IMG/VR virus record: IMGVR_UViG_3300036783_000017
Span: 1-43,098 of that record
Source: a virus
Lineage: Duplodnaviria > Caudoviricetes
Strand: one strand, 5' to 3'
DNA length: 43,098 bases
Shown here: positions 26,560 through 36,739 of the stretch, piece by piece
Position numbering within the stretch: the stretch's first letter is position 1
Layout: the number at the start of each line of letters is the position of its first letter
Translations under genes and position numbers: made by a program
Notes under the pieces: model-generated
Database searches by the model: none
Told to the model about the DNA's origin: nothing
Seen by the model: only the letters and a program-made list of their open reading frames with translations

Positions 26560-27429
26560 ATGGCCGGATTGCAGCGTTGGACGTGCACCTATAGCGGATT
26601 GCTCATGGGTGCCGAGAATTCGGCCGTACAGGTCTCCGAAGTGGATGGGCTCTTGTCGCTGCCGGACATTCGGACGGCAGACCTTGAGCTTGTCCAGCGT
26701 CATGGACTCTGGCCCGGGAATGACTACATGGGGGGCCGCACGCTGACTGTCACGCTGCAAGTCACTGCGGACACCCCCTCTCAGTTCTCAAGGGCCGTGA
26801 CGGACATACAGGCGGCATTCATGCCGGGTGCCCCTGAAAAGCCGTTCAGCTTCTTTTTCCCGGGCGTTGCGGCGGACAGTGAGGCGTACGTCAATGCCCG
26901 ACCCCGGAAGCGCTCAGGGGTGCTCTCAAGTCGGTTCGTGGCCGGTGCTGCCGAAATCGTCGTTGAGCTGTTCGCAACTGACCCGTACATCTACGGGGGT
27001 CGGGAACGAGTGGTCACGGTGACTAGCTCTCAGCGTGAGGCGCTAGACGGTGGTCTCAAGGTGCCGTTCACGGTGCCGTTCATGGTGAAGGGTTCGAGCG
27101 CACCCCCGGCGGACCCTGTCTCACGTTTCTTTGAGCGGGGGAGTGTTGCGGCTCGTCCGCTCGTGGTGTTCGACAACGCGAGTAACCCGGTTCTCACGGA
27201 CGACGTAACGCGCAAGTTCTTCGGGATCACGTATTCCGGTGGCCGGTTCACGGTGGATAGCACGAACGAGATTGTGACGGACGCTGCGGGCAACGACATT
27301 ACGTCGCTCGTGACTGACGGCTCGTCGTGGCCTGAGTTCGGGCCGGGGGACCACCGGCTAAGGCTGAACCACGGTGACCCGCTTACCGCCGCTTCCGCTG
27401 TTCTTACTTGGCAAGACCGATGGGTGTAA
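26560..27429 (+). CDS. Distal tail (Dit-like) protein
   Basis: First gene after tape measure; ATDPYIY motif. Confidence 0.8.
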   Translation: MAGLQRWTCTYSGLLMGAENSAVQVSEVDGLLSLPDIRTADLELVQRHGLWPGNDYMGGRTLTVTLQVTADTPSQFSRAVTDIQAAFMPGAPEKPFSFFFPGVAADSEAYVNARPRKRSGVLSSRFVAGAAEIVVELFATDPYIYGGRERVVTVTSSQREALDGGLKVPFTVPFMVKGSSAPPADPVSRFFERGSVAARPLVVFDNASNPVLTDDVTRKFFGITYSGGRFTVDSTNEIVTDAAGNDITSLVTDGSSWPEFGPGDHRLRLNHGDPLTAASAVLTWQDRWV

Positions 27430-27432
27430 CGC

Positions 27433-28416
27433 ATGGCTAATTACGTGTATTTCCAAGAGGGTTCTACTTACGGTGAGGCTGACCTTTCCCGGTTCAACAA
27501 GCTGTGGCTTGGAGATACCGGCGGGGCTCACCTGATCACTTCCGGCGGGGGATTCTCCGTCTCGTCCAACACCACGGATCGTACGGTGAAGGTGAATGCT
27601 GGTAAGGCGTTCGTCTATGACGGGGTGGGCGGGTACTACTCGGTTGAGACCACCGGGACCAACTTCGTTGACGTTGCTACGGCTAGCACCGCGAACCCTC
27701 GTCGGGATCTCATCTATCTACAGATCACGGAGACCGGCGCTGAGATCAAGATTGCGACGGGTGCGCCTGCCGCTGACCCGGTGGCCCCGGCTCGTCCGGC
27801 GAAGTCGATTGCGCTTTGTTGGGTGGATGTACCGAAGAATTCGTTGACATTCACGGCGGTGCCGACGCGCTACACGGGCCAGTATCGAGACCAAATGTTG
27901 ATCCCCGGTCCGGGGGTGTTCGCTGTTGATTGGAACGGTGAGCTTCCCGACCCGTCCGGGTTCCGGCATGGTGCCACGGTCTATTGCATGAGCCGTAATC
28001 AGCGGTGGACGCGCACGGCTGCCGGGAAGTGGTACACCACGGACCCGGGCCCGTGGGCCAAGTGCACCCCTCAAAACGTGGTGGCCAAGGACGGCACGAC
28101 GGTGAAGGTAACGGGTGATCTCTACATCCGTGAGAGTTCCACTGAGTGGGAGTTGTCCGGTCAGCTTTCTTTCAACCCGTCCAACAAGGATCTTGCAACG
28201 CTCGTACTACTGGCCCGGTACCCGGACACGGTGACCCGTCCGACTCAGAACACGTACGGCGCTTCGGGGCAGACCTACGGTTCTACCTCGTCCGGTGGCG
28301 TGGGCCGTATCGCGCTTATGACTTCGGGACACGTCGAGTACGGCAACGACGGGGTGATTGGGAACCTGTACGTAAACGAACAGTTCTCTAAGTCCCCGTG
28401 GAACACGAATGGTTAA
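27433..28416 (+). CDS. Minor tail protein
   Basis: V.VNAGKA, NPRRDLI motifs; synteny. Confidence 0.75.
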   Translation: MANYVYFQEGSTYGEADLSRFNKLWLGDTGGAHLITSGGGFSVSSNTTDRTVKVNAGKAFVYDGVGGYYSVETTGTNFVDVATASTANPRRDLIYLQITETGAEIKIATGAPAADPVAPARPAKSIALCWVDVPKNSLTFTAVPTRYTGQYRDQMLIPGPGVFAVDWNGELPDPSGFRHGATVYCMSRNQRWTRTAAGKWYTTDPGPWAKCTPQNVVAKDGTTVKVTGDLYIRESSTEWELSGQLSFNPSNKDLATLVLLARYPDTVTRPTQNTYGASGQTYGSTSSGGVGRIALMTSGHVEYGNDGVIGNLYVNEQFSKSPWNTNG

Positions 28417-28427
28417 GGGGGTGGGGC

Positions 28428-29489
28428 ATGGCTGCCGCACGATATGAGGTAGTCCACGCTGACCCCCGGACGGGGAATGTTCGTGCGGTGCTTCCTGCCG
28501 CCTCTATCTCGTACACGGACACCCTGAACGCTGACGGCGCGGCAACGGTCGTGGTGCCGCTGTACGCGCCCGAAGCGGACCCGCTGAGGCTCGCCCCTAT
28601 CTCGTCCGCGCTCGTCGTTCTGAGGAACGGTGAACCGGTCTGGGGCGGGCTCGTGTGGACGCTCACCGCTGATCTCTCGGCGCAGACTCTCACGGTGAAT
28701 GCGTCCGGGTGGCACAGCTACTACAAGTGCCGGGCATTCACGGGCGGATACAGCGCTAAGGGAGTGGATCAAGGCAACCTGCTTCGTGAGTGGCTGGACG
28801 CGTGCGCCGACAACGGCATTGCGACGGACACGAGCCGTATCACGACCACGGGGCGTAGGCGTACGCGGGAATGGACGCGCTCAGAATTCAAGGTCATAGC
28901 CGAAGCCATTACGGAACTCTCCGAGGATGAAGGCGGCTTCAACTTCCGCTATCAGACCTATTGGATTGATCGCGGTAAGCGCATCGGTAACCGCTTCATC
29001 AAGTACGAGAACGGCGAGAACCCCGAACCGTTCTCGCTCGTCCACGGGACGAATTGCAATGTGACTCAGGTGGACTACGACGGGTCGCAGCTTGCGACTG
29101 ACGCGCACACCATCGGCGCTGACCCCGGTAACGGTGACAAGCTCGTTGGCATTGCAGCGAATGACGCACTGCGAACGGACATGCCGACTAAGCGCGTGGT
29201 GGCTTCGTTCAACGACGTCAAGGAAACGCAGTCGCTCATGGATAAGGCGGCAGCGCTGATCACGATTGGCCGTGCGCCGGTCGCTATCCCTTCGCTGACC
29301 CTCTACCCGGGCTTGTATGACCCCACGGCGTTCGTTCCGGGGTATGCCGGGGTGGTTGAGGCTGACGCCGGTTACGTGGCGCTGTACGCGGATTTCGTGG
29401 TGACCGAACGCAAGGTTGACGTGAACTCGAACGGCTCAGAAGTCACGACCCTTTCGCTTGCTAATCAGGAGGTTTTTTACTTTGGGTAG
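28428..29489 (+). CDS. Minor tail protein (baseplate hub-like)
   Basis: VLRNGEPVWGG motif; synteny. Confidence 0.75.
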   Translation: MAAARYEVVHADPRTGNVRAVLPAASISYTDTLNADGAATVVVPLYAPEADPLRLAPISSALVVLRNGEPVWGGLVWTLTADLSAQTLTVNASGWHSYYKCRAFTGGYSAKGVDQGNLLREWLDACADNGIATDTSRITTTGRRRTREWTRSEFKVIAEAITELSEDEGGFNFRYQTYWIDRGKRIGNRFIKYENGENPEPFSLVHGTNCNVTQVDYDGSQLATDAHTIGADPGNGDKLVGIAANDALRTDMPTKRVVASFNDVKETQSLMDKAAALITIGRAPVAIPSLTLYPGLYDPTAFVPGYAGVVEADAGYVALYADFVVTERKVDVNSNGSEVTTLSLANQEVFYFG

Positions 29490-30300
29490 CATCAACGCTC
29501 TTCCCCCGTCGCTGACGAACGAGCTTGCAGACCTCAAGCGGCGCGTCACGTCCCTTGAGCGCAAGCCTGAGACGGTCTCTAAGTTCGACCGGTACCCCGC
29601 TGTTGAGTGGGCGGCGATTGGCCGTGGAAGGACCGGGGATAACCAGTGGTCTTCGTGCGGCATTGCCAACGTGACCGGCATGGTGTTTGACCGGGTAGAG
29701 GCGAAGTTCATTACCGACCGGCTGACCCCCGGTAGGGCGGAAGCCGAAGTTCGTCTTGCAGCGTTCCGGCACAACCTTGACGTGGGCAACAAGGAATGCA
29801 TTTCCGCATCGTCCACGATTCAGCTAACCGGCATGAGCACTCGTGTGCTTGGGCTCGTCTACGTGCGGTGGATTCATCAAATCCCGTTCGGTTGGGATTA
29901 CGCGGACGAAACCAATATCTACACCATCGAGCTACAGCACCGGTACGCCACCGCGATGACCGCTGACAAGGTCAACGTTCGGCAGATGTTCGGCTACTCG
30001 AAAATGTCGAACGAGAACCTAAAGAACGCTGACGGCATTATCAGCGATGGCACCGGAAAGGTTTGGTCCCCCGGTCTGACGGCGATTAACGGCGGCGTTC
30101 CCTATTACGGGTGGGTTGACGTTCAGGACCGTAACGACGTTTGGGACGGCTCTTACAACATCAGCAATATGCACTATTGCGTTGGTCTTCCCGCTGACCG
30201 GCTGCCCACGGCATCGACTCTGGGTCATTGGCGGTGGCGCGGCACTGAGGGTAAGAAGGTCCGTGACCCGGACATTAACGAAAGCTACATGACGGTATGA
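29482..30300 (+). CDS. Minor tail protein
   Basis: AGGAGG RBS before TTG; N-terminal coiled coil LADLKRRVTSLER. Confidence 0.7.
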   Translation: MGSINALPPSLTNELADLKRRVTSLERKPETVSKFDRYPAVEWAAIGRGRTGDNQWSSCGIANVTGMVFDRVEAKFITDRLTPGRAEAEVRLAAFRHNLDVGNKECISASSTIQLTGMSTRVLGLVYVRWIHQIPFGWDYADETNIYTIELQHRYATAMTADKVNVRQMFGYSKMSNENLKNADGIISDGTGKVWSPGLTAINGGVPYYGWVDVQDRNDVWDGSYNISNMHYCVGLPADRLPTASTLGHWRWRGTEGKKVRDPDINESYMTV

Positions 30301-30590
30301 CGGGCCTATCTGACGTTGTGGGCACCACTGAGATTGTCGGTGGTGCCCTTGTTGCTGTGGCGCTGCTTTATCAGCGCGTACGGACCGGAACGCGCAACGC
30401 ATGGCGCGAAGAGTACGAGGCGCAGAAAGCCCGCTCCGTCCGGCTCTCGGAAGACCTAGAGACCCTGATCACTGAGGTTCGGTCTCTGCGGAATGAGAAC
30501 GCCGAACTTCGGGACGAGGTTCGGGAACTTCGCGCTGAGAACCGAGAGCTACGAGAGCACATCGACATTCTTCTAGGGGGAGACAGCTAA
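30297..30590 (+). CDS. Small membrane protein with coiled coil
   Basis: N-terminal hydrophobic helix and heptad repeats. Confidence 0.7.
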   Translation: MTGLSDVVGTTEIVGGALVAVALLYQRVRTGTRNAWREEYEAQKARSVRLSEDLETLITEVRSLRNENAELRDEVRELRAENRELREHIDILLGGDS

Positions 30591-32218
30591 TGGACTTTGA
30601 GAATCAGTTCCCGGCAAGCATTGCGACGGTTCACGTAACCGGCCGCTATGTCATGCCGGATGGAACCCCCCTTACTGGAACGATTGAGTTTGCGCCCCCG
30701 TCGCTCGTGACGTTCCCTGCGGCAGACCTATTCGTTGCCGGGCCCCTCGTCGCCACGCTGGACGAAGACGGCGGGTTTGAGGTTGTCCTACCGGCGACGG
30801 ACAACGAGAACATGAACCCCACTGAGTGGGCTTACGTCGTGCGGGAAAAGCTCGATGGTGTCCGGCGTAACCGAAAGTTCGCGGCGCTGCTGCCGAAGGA
30901 CACGCCGGAAGTTGACCTAGCGGATATCGCACCCGCAGACCCCACCACCCCGAACTACGTGCCGGTTCCCGGTCCGCAGGGAGAGACGGGCCCGATGGGT
31001 CCGGAGGGTCCGCAGGGTGTGACCGGCGAGACCGGGCCGCAGGGCCCGAAGGGCGACACCGGAGCGACCGGCCCGAAGGGCGACACCGGGGCCACGGGTG
31101 CGACCGGTCCGAAGGGCGCGGATTCCACCGTTCCCGGCCCGCAGGGGCCGAAGGGCGACACCGGGGCCACCGGGCCGCAGGGCCCGAAGGGTGACACGGG
31201 GTCGCAGGGTCCGCAGGGTGAGCCCGGCAAGGATGGCACCGGGGCCGGAACTGTCACGGCAGTCAACGGAGTTGAGCCGGACGGCACGGGCAACGTGACG
31301 GTTGCCGCCGGGGACGTTGGAGCGGTCGCGCTGGACGCCGTGGGGGCCGCGAACGGTGTTGCCCCCACGAACCAGTTTGGGAAGGTGCCCACGTCCAACC
31401 TGCCGAGTCTCAGCGGCCTTTACGTGGACGTGGCGACCCGGGGACAGGCTGACGGCGTGGCCACGCTGGACGGCACGGCGAAGGTGCCCACGGCTCAGAT
31501 ACCGAACCTGTCCGGCTCGTACCTCACGGTTGCTCAGCGGGCAGCGAAGAACGGCGTTGCGTCGCTGGACGCTAACGGGCTCGTTCCGACTGCACAGCTT
31601 CCGGCTATGGGTGGTTCCGGGGCTAAGAACACGTGGACCGCTGACGCTCTCGGCTTCGCGGCATGGTCGGCAGACCCGGCGCACGTGAGCAACCCGACCA
31701 CCATCAAGGCTGCCGTGGTCAAGCGAATCTATTTCGCGGGGATCAACATCACTGAGCCCACGTCCGTAAACGCCGTGGTCATGTTCGCTCGTGGTTGGGC
31801 GGGTTCTCCCGCTGTTCCGGCAGCCCGGTTCTATGGCGGCATTTACAACGAGTCCGGCTCTCGCGTGGCAACTACGGGTCAGCTCTCCAGCGTTGCCGAA
31901 GCTGGACAGATTTCGGGCACGGCAGCGGGCGCGAAGAACAACCACATCGGGGCTGTTCCGCTCAAGCTGACGAGCGCGGTAACGCTACAGCCGGGGCGGT
32001 ACTGGACGGCGTTCCTACTGTCTGCGGGTTCGGCAACTGACTTCTACTACATGCACATTCAGAACGAATCCCCTTCGGCCCCTGCGAACTTCTTCCTAGG
32101 GTCGGCGTTCCAGCGTGCTTGGTGCCTTGACTCTCAGACTTCGCTACCGGCCACGGTGAATCAGTCCGCCGGTGAAGTGGGGCTTGACCCCGCGATTATG
32201 GCGGTTGCGACCGTGTAA
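30590..32218 (+). CDS. Tail fibre with collagen-like repeats
   Basis: G-X-Y runs at ~30971-31237, repeated GVA.LD..KVP..Q.P units, C-terminal beta-rich domain. Confidence 0.85.
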   Translation: MDFENQFPASIATVHVTGRYVMPDGTPLTGTIEFAPPSLVTFPAADLFVAGPLVATLDEDGGFEVVLPATDNENMNPTEWAYVVREKLDGVRRNRKFAALLPKDTPEVDLADIAPADPTTPNYVPVPGPQGETGPMGPEGPQGVTGETGPQGPKGDTGATGPKGDTGATGATGPKGADSTVPGPQGPKGDTGATGPQGPKGDTGSQGPQGEPGKDGTGAGTVTAVNGVEPDGTGNVTVAAGDVGAVALDAVGAANGVAPTNQFGKVPTSNLPSLSGLYVDVATRGQADGVATLDGTAKVPTAQIPNLSGSYLTVAQRAAKNGVASLDANGLVPTAQLPAMGGSGAKNTWTADALGFAAWSADPAHVSNPTTIKAAVVKRIYFAGINITEPTSVNAVVMFARGWAGSPAVPAARFYGGIYNESGSRVATTGQLSSVAEAGQISGTAAGAKNNHIGAVPLKLTSAVTLQPGRYWTAFLLSAGSATDFYYMHIQNESPSAPANFFLGSAFQRAWCLDSQTSLPATVNQSAGEVGLDPAIMAVATV

Positions 32219-32222
32219 CCCA

Positions 32223-32239
32223 CCTACTCAAGTAGTAGG
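32223..32239 (+). promoter_or_regulatory. Operator upstream of the lysis genes
   Basis: Perfect 17-mer. Confidence 0.85.
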
Positions 32240-32301
32240 CGCACCATGCCCCGTCCGGGCCAACTTCCGGGCGGGGCTCTCTTGTTGAAAGGAAGTATGG
32301 A

Positions 32302-33366
32302 ATGGCTAGGTTCAGCGGTGCCACTTGGCGACCGATTCCCGTCAACTACACGAAGGGCGGGCAGGATTCCGTTCACGGCGTGGTGATTCACATCATGGCC
32401 GGGACGCTCGCCGGTACGGACTCTTGGTTCCGAAACTCTGCGGCTCAGGCTTCGTCCCACTTCGGCACCGGCAAGGGTGGCGCGCTGTACCAGTGGGTTG
32501 ACACCGCTGACCGTGCGTGGGCTCAGGCGAACGGCAACCGTACGTGGCTCAGTGTCGAGAACGAGGGGCAGGGGGGCGACTCGCTGACTTCCGCTCAGAT
32601 GGACCGTTGCGCGGAGGTTCTAGCGTGGGCCCACAAGACTTACGGCGTGCCGCTACAGGTCACGTCCAGCCCTTCCGGCAAGGGTCTTGGGTACCACGCC
32701 ATGGGTGGCGCTTCGTGGGGCGGTCACACTTCGTGCCCCGGCTCCAAGATCGTGGCTCAGCTTCCGGAGATCGTGAAGCGCGCCAAGTCGCTTGCCGGTG
32801 GCGGGGGTTCCTCGTCCGGCGGTAGCGGCTCGTCCGGCGTTGCCCGGTACACGGTGACCATCAACGGTCTCAAGTACGGCTATGGCGCGAGTGGTTCGCA
32901 GGTAACCACGGTCGGCAAGGCGCTCGTGGCTAAGGGCTTCGGCAAGCACTACACGGAGGGTCCGGGCCCGAACTGGACGGACGCTGACACGCTCAACTAT
33001 GCGGACTTTCAGCGGAGTCTAGGTTTCAGCGGTGCTGACGCTGACGGTGTGCCCGGTGCGGTGACGCTCAAGAAGCTTCTAGGCGCGCTGCCGGGCAAGA
33101 CTGCCAGCAAGCCGAAGGGTTACGAGCCGTTCCCCGGTGAGGCGTTTTTCAAGAAGAGCCCGAAGAGCGCGATTGTTACGGCCATGGGTAAGCGCCTTGT
33201 GGCGGTGGGGTGTTCGGCGTATTCGCAGGGTCCGGGTTCTCAGTGGACGAACGCCGACCGTGAGAGCTTCCGGAAGTGGCAGCGCAAGCTAGGCGACGCT
33301 CCGGCGTACTGCGACGGTTGGCCCGGTCGTAAGCAGTGGGACGCGCTCAAGGTCCCGAAGGTCTGA
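32302..33366 (+). CDS. Endolysin: N-acetylmuramoyl-L-alanine amidase with two peptidoglycan-binding domains
   Basis: VVIH, SSHF, RAWAQ..GN, SVENEG, H...HTSCPG; C-terminal FQRSLG...ADGVPG and WQRKLG...DGWPG. Confidence 0.92.
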   Translation: MARFSGATWRPIPVNYTKGGQDSVHGVVIHIMAGTLAGTDSWFRNSAAQASSHFGTGKGGALYQWVDTADRAWAQANGNRTWLSVENEGQGGDSLTSAQMDRCAEVLAWAHKTYGVPLQVTSSPSGKGLGYHAMGGASWGGHTSCPGSKIVAQLPEIVKRAKSLAGGGGSSSGGSGSSGVARYTVTINGLKYGYGASGSQVTTVGKALVAKGFGKHYTEGPGPNWTDADTLNYADFQRSLGFSGADADGVPGAVTLKKLLGALPGKTASKPKGYEPFPGEAFFKKSPKSAIVTAMGKRLVAVGCSAYSQGPGSQWTNADRESFRKWQRKLGDAPAYCDGWPGRKQWDALKVPKV

Positions 33367-33478
33367 CGGTAACTCTCCGTCTATCCCGCGGTGTCGGGTG
33401 TGTCCGTTTTTACACGGGTTCACCCGATGCCGGCACCGGGGCCAAAATCAACAGAGAGTGACGAAAGGTGGGGTGCCC

Positions 33479-33661
33479 ATGGGGGAGCACAGCAAGCCGG
33501 AAAGTGTGGGATACGTGAGGACGGTTCTAGCGTGGATCATGACGCACAAGGCGAAGATTCTTGCCTTTGCTGCCGGTGTCATCGCTGCGGTAAGTGCGGT
33601 TAAGCCGGACTTCCCGGCGGCAGCGGTAATGGGGGCTATTCACGCGCTACTTGGCGTGTAG
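33479..33661 (+). CDS. Putative holin
   Basis: 60 aa, two hydrophobic segments, follows the endolysin. Confidence 0.65.
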   Translation: MGEHSKPESVGYVRTVLAWIMTHKAKILAFAAGVIAAVSAVKPDFPAAAVMGAIHALLGV

Positions 33662-33710
33662 GAATCCCTTCCCCTCCCCGTATGAGTGTCGGCACATTCA
33701 TACGGGGAGG
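33661..33710 (+). promoter_or_regulatory. Promoter-like motif overlapping an RBS-sequestering hairpin
   Basis: GGAATCCCTTCCCCTC; 13-bp inverted repeat CCTCCCCGTATGA...TCATACGGGGAGG includes the kinase SD. Confidence 0.7.
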
Positions 33711-33717
33711 TACGCAC

Positions 33718-34275
33718 GTGAGCTATCAGCATGTCGCGCTTTTGGGTAAGGCCCGGTCCGGAAAGGACACGGTGGCCGCGCGGCTCGTACGGAATTGGCT
33801 TTTTACTCGGGTGGCTTTCGCTGACCCTCTCAAGGGGGTAGCGCTCAGGCTTAACCCGCTGATCCCGACTACGTACAACGTTCACGTACGGCTCAAGTCG
33901 CTCGTGGCGGACGTGGGTTGGGAGTGCGCAAAGGACAAGTACCCGGAAGTTCGCAGGGTGTTGCAGACGGCCGGACAGACCGTGAGGGACCTTGACCCGG
34001 ATTTCTGGGCGAACGTCGCCATGGACAAGGTGGACGCTGCCGACACGTGGAACATGCCCGTAGTCGTCACTGACTGCCGGTACCCCAACGAGGCGGAAGC
34101 GCTCAAGGCTCGTGGCTTCATGCTCGTACGAGTCCAGCGGCCCGGGAACCCGGGAACCCTTGAGCATGAGAGCGAGACCGCGCTAGACGGCTACCCGGTT
34201 GACCGGGTGCTGATCAATGGTGGAACGCTGTTCGACCTAGACACTGAGGCTGACGCGCTGATCCGGCGCAGGTAG
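33718..34275 (+). CDS. Deoxynucleoside monophosphate kinase
   Basis: GKARSGKDT, AFADPLK, VRRVLQ..G, TDCRYPNEA, HESE. Confidence 0.92.
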   Translation: MSYQHVALLGKARSGKDTVAARLVRNWLFTRVAFADPLKGVALRLNPLIPTTYNVHVRLKSLVADVGWECAKDKYPEVRRVLQTAGQTVRDLDPDFWANVAMDKVDAADTWNMPVVVTDCRYPNEAEALKARGFMLVRVQRPGNPGTLEHESETALDGYPVDRVLINGGTLFDLDTEADALIRRR

Positions 34276-34281
34276 CCACGT

Positions 34282-34311
34282 GGCCCCCTTCCTTCGGGAA
34301 GGGGGCTTTTT
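34282..34311 (+). terminator. Intrinsic terminator at the end of the late region
   Basis: GCCCCCTTCC-TTCG-GGAAGGGGGC followed by TTTTT. Confidence 0.85.
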
Positions 34312-34343
34312 GCGTTTCTGGTCACTCGTTCGGGTGACCCCCA

Positions 34344-34393
34344 CCTACTACTTGAGTAGGTGGCTTGCGCTACCAAGATCACGTCCGTATAGT
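34344..34393 (+). promoter_or_regulatory. Operator (34344-34360) next to the repressor promoter TTGCGC-17-TATAGT
   Basis: -35 at 34365-34370, -10 at 34388-34393. Confidence 0.75.
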
Positions 34394-34447
34394 CGTGCCC
34401 CGCAAGGCACCGCAGGGAGCGGGGCCGCGAACGAAGGGGCGGGGAAG

Positions 34448-36109
34448 ATGTTCAGCATCAAGTACAACCGGACCACGAATCACATTGCCGGGCTGACCGT
34501 CTGCACCCCCATGAAGGATGAGACGGAAGCGGAGATCAGCGCGAAGGGGGAAGTTGCCTACTACGCTCAGAATGCGTGCGGCAGCCTCACCCGGTACCGC
34601 TTCGCTGACGGCCCCTCGTTCGAGACCGTGACCGAAGCTCTTGAGTGCGCACGCAAGAGCACGCGGAAGCTTTGCAAGACGTGCGAAAAGGCGGCTGAGG
34701 CTATGATTGCTGCCGTTGAAGCGAAGCCCGCTGAGGGCCCGAAGGAAGAGGAACCCACCATGTCCGGAAAGCTCAAGCTCAGCGACGTTCGCGGCGACAT
34801 TTCCATTGCGAGTGTCGGCAACGGCACGCCTCACGCCCTCAAGCTGGACGGATCGCACGAAGCATTCTGTGACGTGCGCCACAAGGACCCGCTTCGTTCC
34901 TGGGGTCCGGCGCATGAGCAGAAGCCGGAAATTGAGCTGTGCGCCAAGTGCTCCAAGCTCGTTCCGACCGGTCCCGTTGAGATGAAGAACGAGACCGTAG
35001 CAATTCCCGGCCTCAACCGTGAGGTCACCCGTACGGTTGCCGTCCCCGTGGACGACACCACCATTGAAGGAGAGAACCCCACCGTGGCCCCGAAGACCAT
35101 GACGAAGGAACAGCAGACGGAGACGGCGGACGAGGTTCGCGGCGACTTCGAGCGGCTTACCACGCTGATCCACGAAGCGAACGAAGAGGGGCTTGCCACC
35201 CTCAAGGAAGAGATCAAGGTCAAGGTGGAGAGCATCACCGGCACTGGTGCGGCTGCCGTCAAGGCCAAGCTTCGCGCTGAGGCTGAAAAGACCGAAGCTG
35301 ACGCCCGGGAAGCGGCGCGTGAAGCCGCGAAGGGTAACGAGGTGGCCACGCTCGAAACGCAGGACTACCGCGCTGAGGTGGCCGGGGCCGACGAGATTGT
35401 TTCGGCTGCCGCAAAGCGCATCGGTGAGGCGCTGCAAGCGTCCATGAAGGTGTCTGATCTCGCCAAGGAGATTGCCGCTACCAAGATGCGGATTGCCGCC
35501 CGCATCAAGGACAAGAGCGGCGACCCTGACGTTTTCCTCAAGACGAATCAGGCTAAGCAGGCTTCGCGCGACATGTACGAGCTTGCCGTAAGGGACCTTC
35601 CCGAGACGTTCGAGAGCACGCAAGCGCTCAAGAAGCTCATCAAGGCCGTTCAGAATCAGCAGAGCGACGCGCGCACCAAGTACGTTCGCGCGCTGGACGA
35701 GAACCCGGAAGAGGCGGCGCTCTTCGTCAAGGCTCTTGAGGCCAACCCGGACGCCAAGCCGTCTGACGCCGTGTTCGACTTCCACAAGGTTGACCGGAAG
35801 TCCCGGCAGGAAAAGGAACTTGAGAACTGGCACAAGTCGCGCGGTGAGCTGACGGCCGGTGAGGGTGAGGACGAGTCCGGCGAAGGTGAAGGCGGCGGCG
35901 AAGGTGGGGAGGGTGAAGGCGGCGAAGGTGGGGCGACTGACGACGCGTACGCGGACACCCTCAAGCGCGCCACGGCTGCCATGAAGGCCATGACGAAGTT
36001 CAAGACGGCCCCGCTCTCCAAGCTCACCGACGAACAGCGTGAGGCGATTGAGGGTCAGGCAAAGGCCCTTGAAGAGGCCGCGAAGGAAATCCGTAAGGCG
36101 CTGATCTAA
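34448..36109 (+). CDS. c: Repressor (phiC31 c-like) with in-frame internal starts at 34760 and 35084
   Basis: Syntenic with phiC31 c (after the kinase, before early genes); operator-flanked host promoter; SD-like sequences before both internal starts. Confidence 0.75.
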   Translation: MFSIKYNRTTNHIAGLTVCTPMKDETEAEISAKGEVAYYAQNACGSLTRYRFADGPSFETVTEALECARKSTRKLCKTCEKAAEAMIAAVEAKPAEGPKEEEPTMSGKLKLSDVRGDISIASVGNGTPHALKLDGSHEAFCDVRHKDPLRSWGPAHEQKPEIELCAKCSKLVPTGPVEMKNETVAIPGLNREVTRTVAVPVDDTTIEGENPTVAPKTMTKEQQTETADEVRGDFERLTTLIHEANEEGLATLKEEIKVKVESITGTGAAAVKAKLRAEAEKTEADAREAAREAAKGNEVATLETQDYRAEVAGADEIVSAAAKRIGEALQASMKVSDLAKEIAATKMRIAARIKDKSGDPDVFLKTNQAKQASRDMYELAVRDLPETFESTQALKKLIKAVQNQQSDARTKYVRALDENPEEAALFVKALEANPDAKPSDAVFDFHKVDRKSRQEKELENWHKSRGELTAGEGEDESGEGEGGGEGGEGEGGEGGATDDAYADTLKRATAAMKAMTKFKTAPLSKLTDEQREAIEGQAKALEEAAKEIRKALI

Positions 36110-36179
36110 GCGCATCACTCAGGGGCCCTCACCTCGTCCAATACTCGGATGGGGTGGGGGCCCCGTAGGAGGGGACGGC

Positions 36180-36410
36180 ATGAACGAAAAGCCGCGAATG
36201 CTCAGTGAGGCCGTGAGGACCGGGGATTTCCAGGCGACAAGGCACCTAAGCGCCTTTCTCACGGTTGATGAGTGGGAACTACTCGGGCACGGGCTTGCCA
36301 CGGCGGCAGCCCATTACAGGGGCGACGAGGGGCACCCCGGCGTCAGTGATCAGCTTGACGCGCTGATCATGAAGCTTCGTCGCAGCATGATGGACGAGGG
36401 GGAGCGGTGA
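36180..36410 (+). CDS. Hypothetical protein
   Basis: AGGAGGGG RBS. Confidence 0.7.
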   Translation: MNEKPRMLSEAVRTGDFQATRHLSAFLTVDEWELLGHGLATAAAHYRGDEGHPGVSDQLDALIMKLRRSMMDEGER

Positions 36411-36739
36411 CCGGATTCCTTTCAATGGTGGGCACATGCCCCGACTGCAAGAACGTGTTCAGCGCCTGCCCGCAGTGCGTGAACACGATCCAGATTGACC
36501 CGAAGACCGGCCTTGCGCCGGACACGGTGATGCAAGACGGCAAGGCAGTGCACAACCCGAACCCGGACCCGGCGGCAGTGGACCGCGCAGTACCCACCCC
36601 CGTGTGTGACCCGTGCGTGATCAAGCGCAACGAGGTAAACCGCGCGGGTGGCCCCGCTGCCTCACACCACACCACCGGACAGGTAATGACCGCCGAAGAG
36701 CGGCACCGCCGCTTTCACAAGGGGGAGTACGACGCATGA
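36407..36739 (+). CDS. Cys-rich hypothetical protein
   Basis: GTGA overlap; CPDC, CPQC, CDPC. Confidence 0.7.
   Translation: MTGFLSMVGTCPDCKNVFSACPQCVNTIQIDPKTGLAPDTVMQDGKAVHNPNPDPAAVDRAVPTPVCDPCVIKRNEVNRAGGPAASHHTTGQVMTAEERHRRFHKGEYDA

Noticed and set aside
30971-31237. Tandem DNA repeats as a contingency locus or diversity-generating retroelement target
   Set aside because: They encode collagen G-X-Y triplets; no reverse transcriptase or template repeat was seen
34379-36118. 579-aa minus-strand ORF
   Set aside because: Antisense shadow of the repressor caused by high-GC codon bias; no motifs, and the genome is otherwise unidirectional
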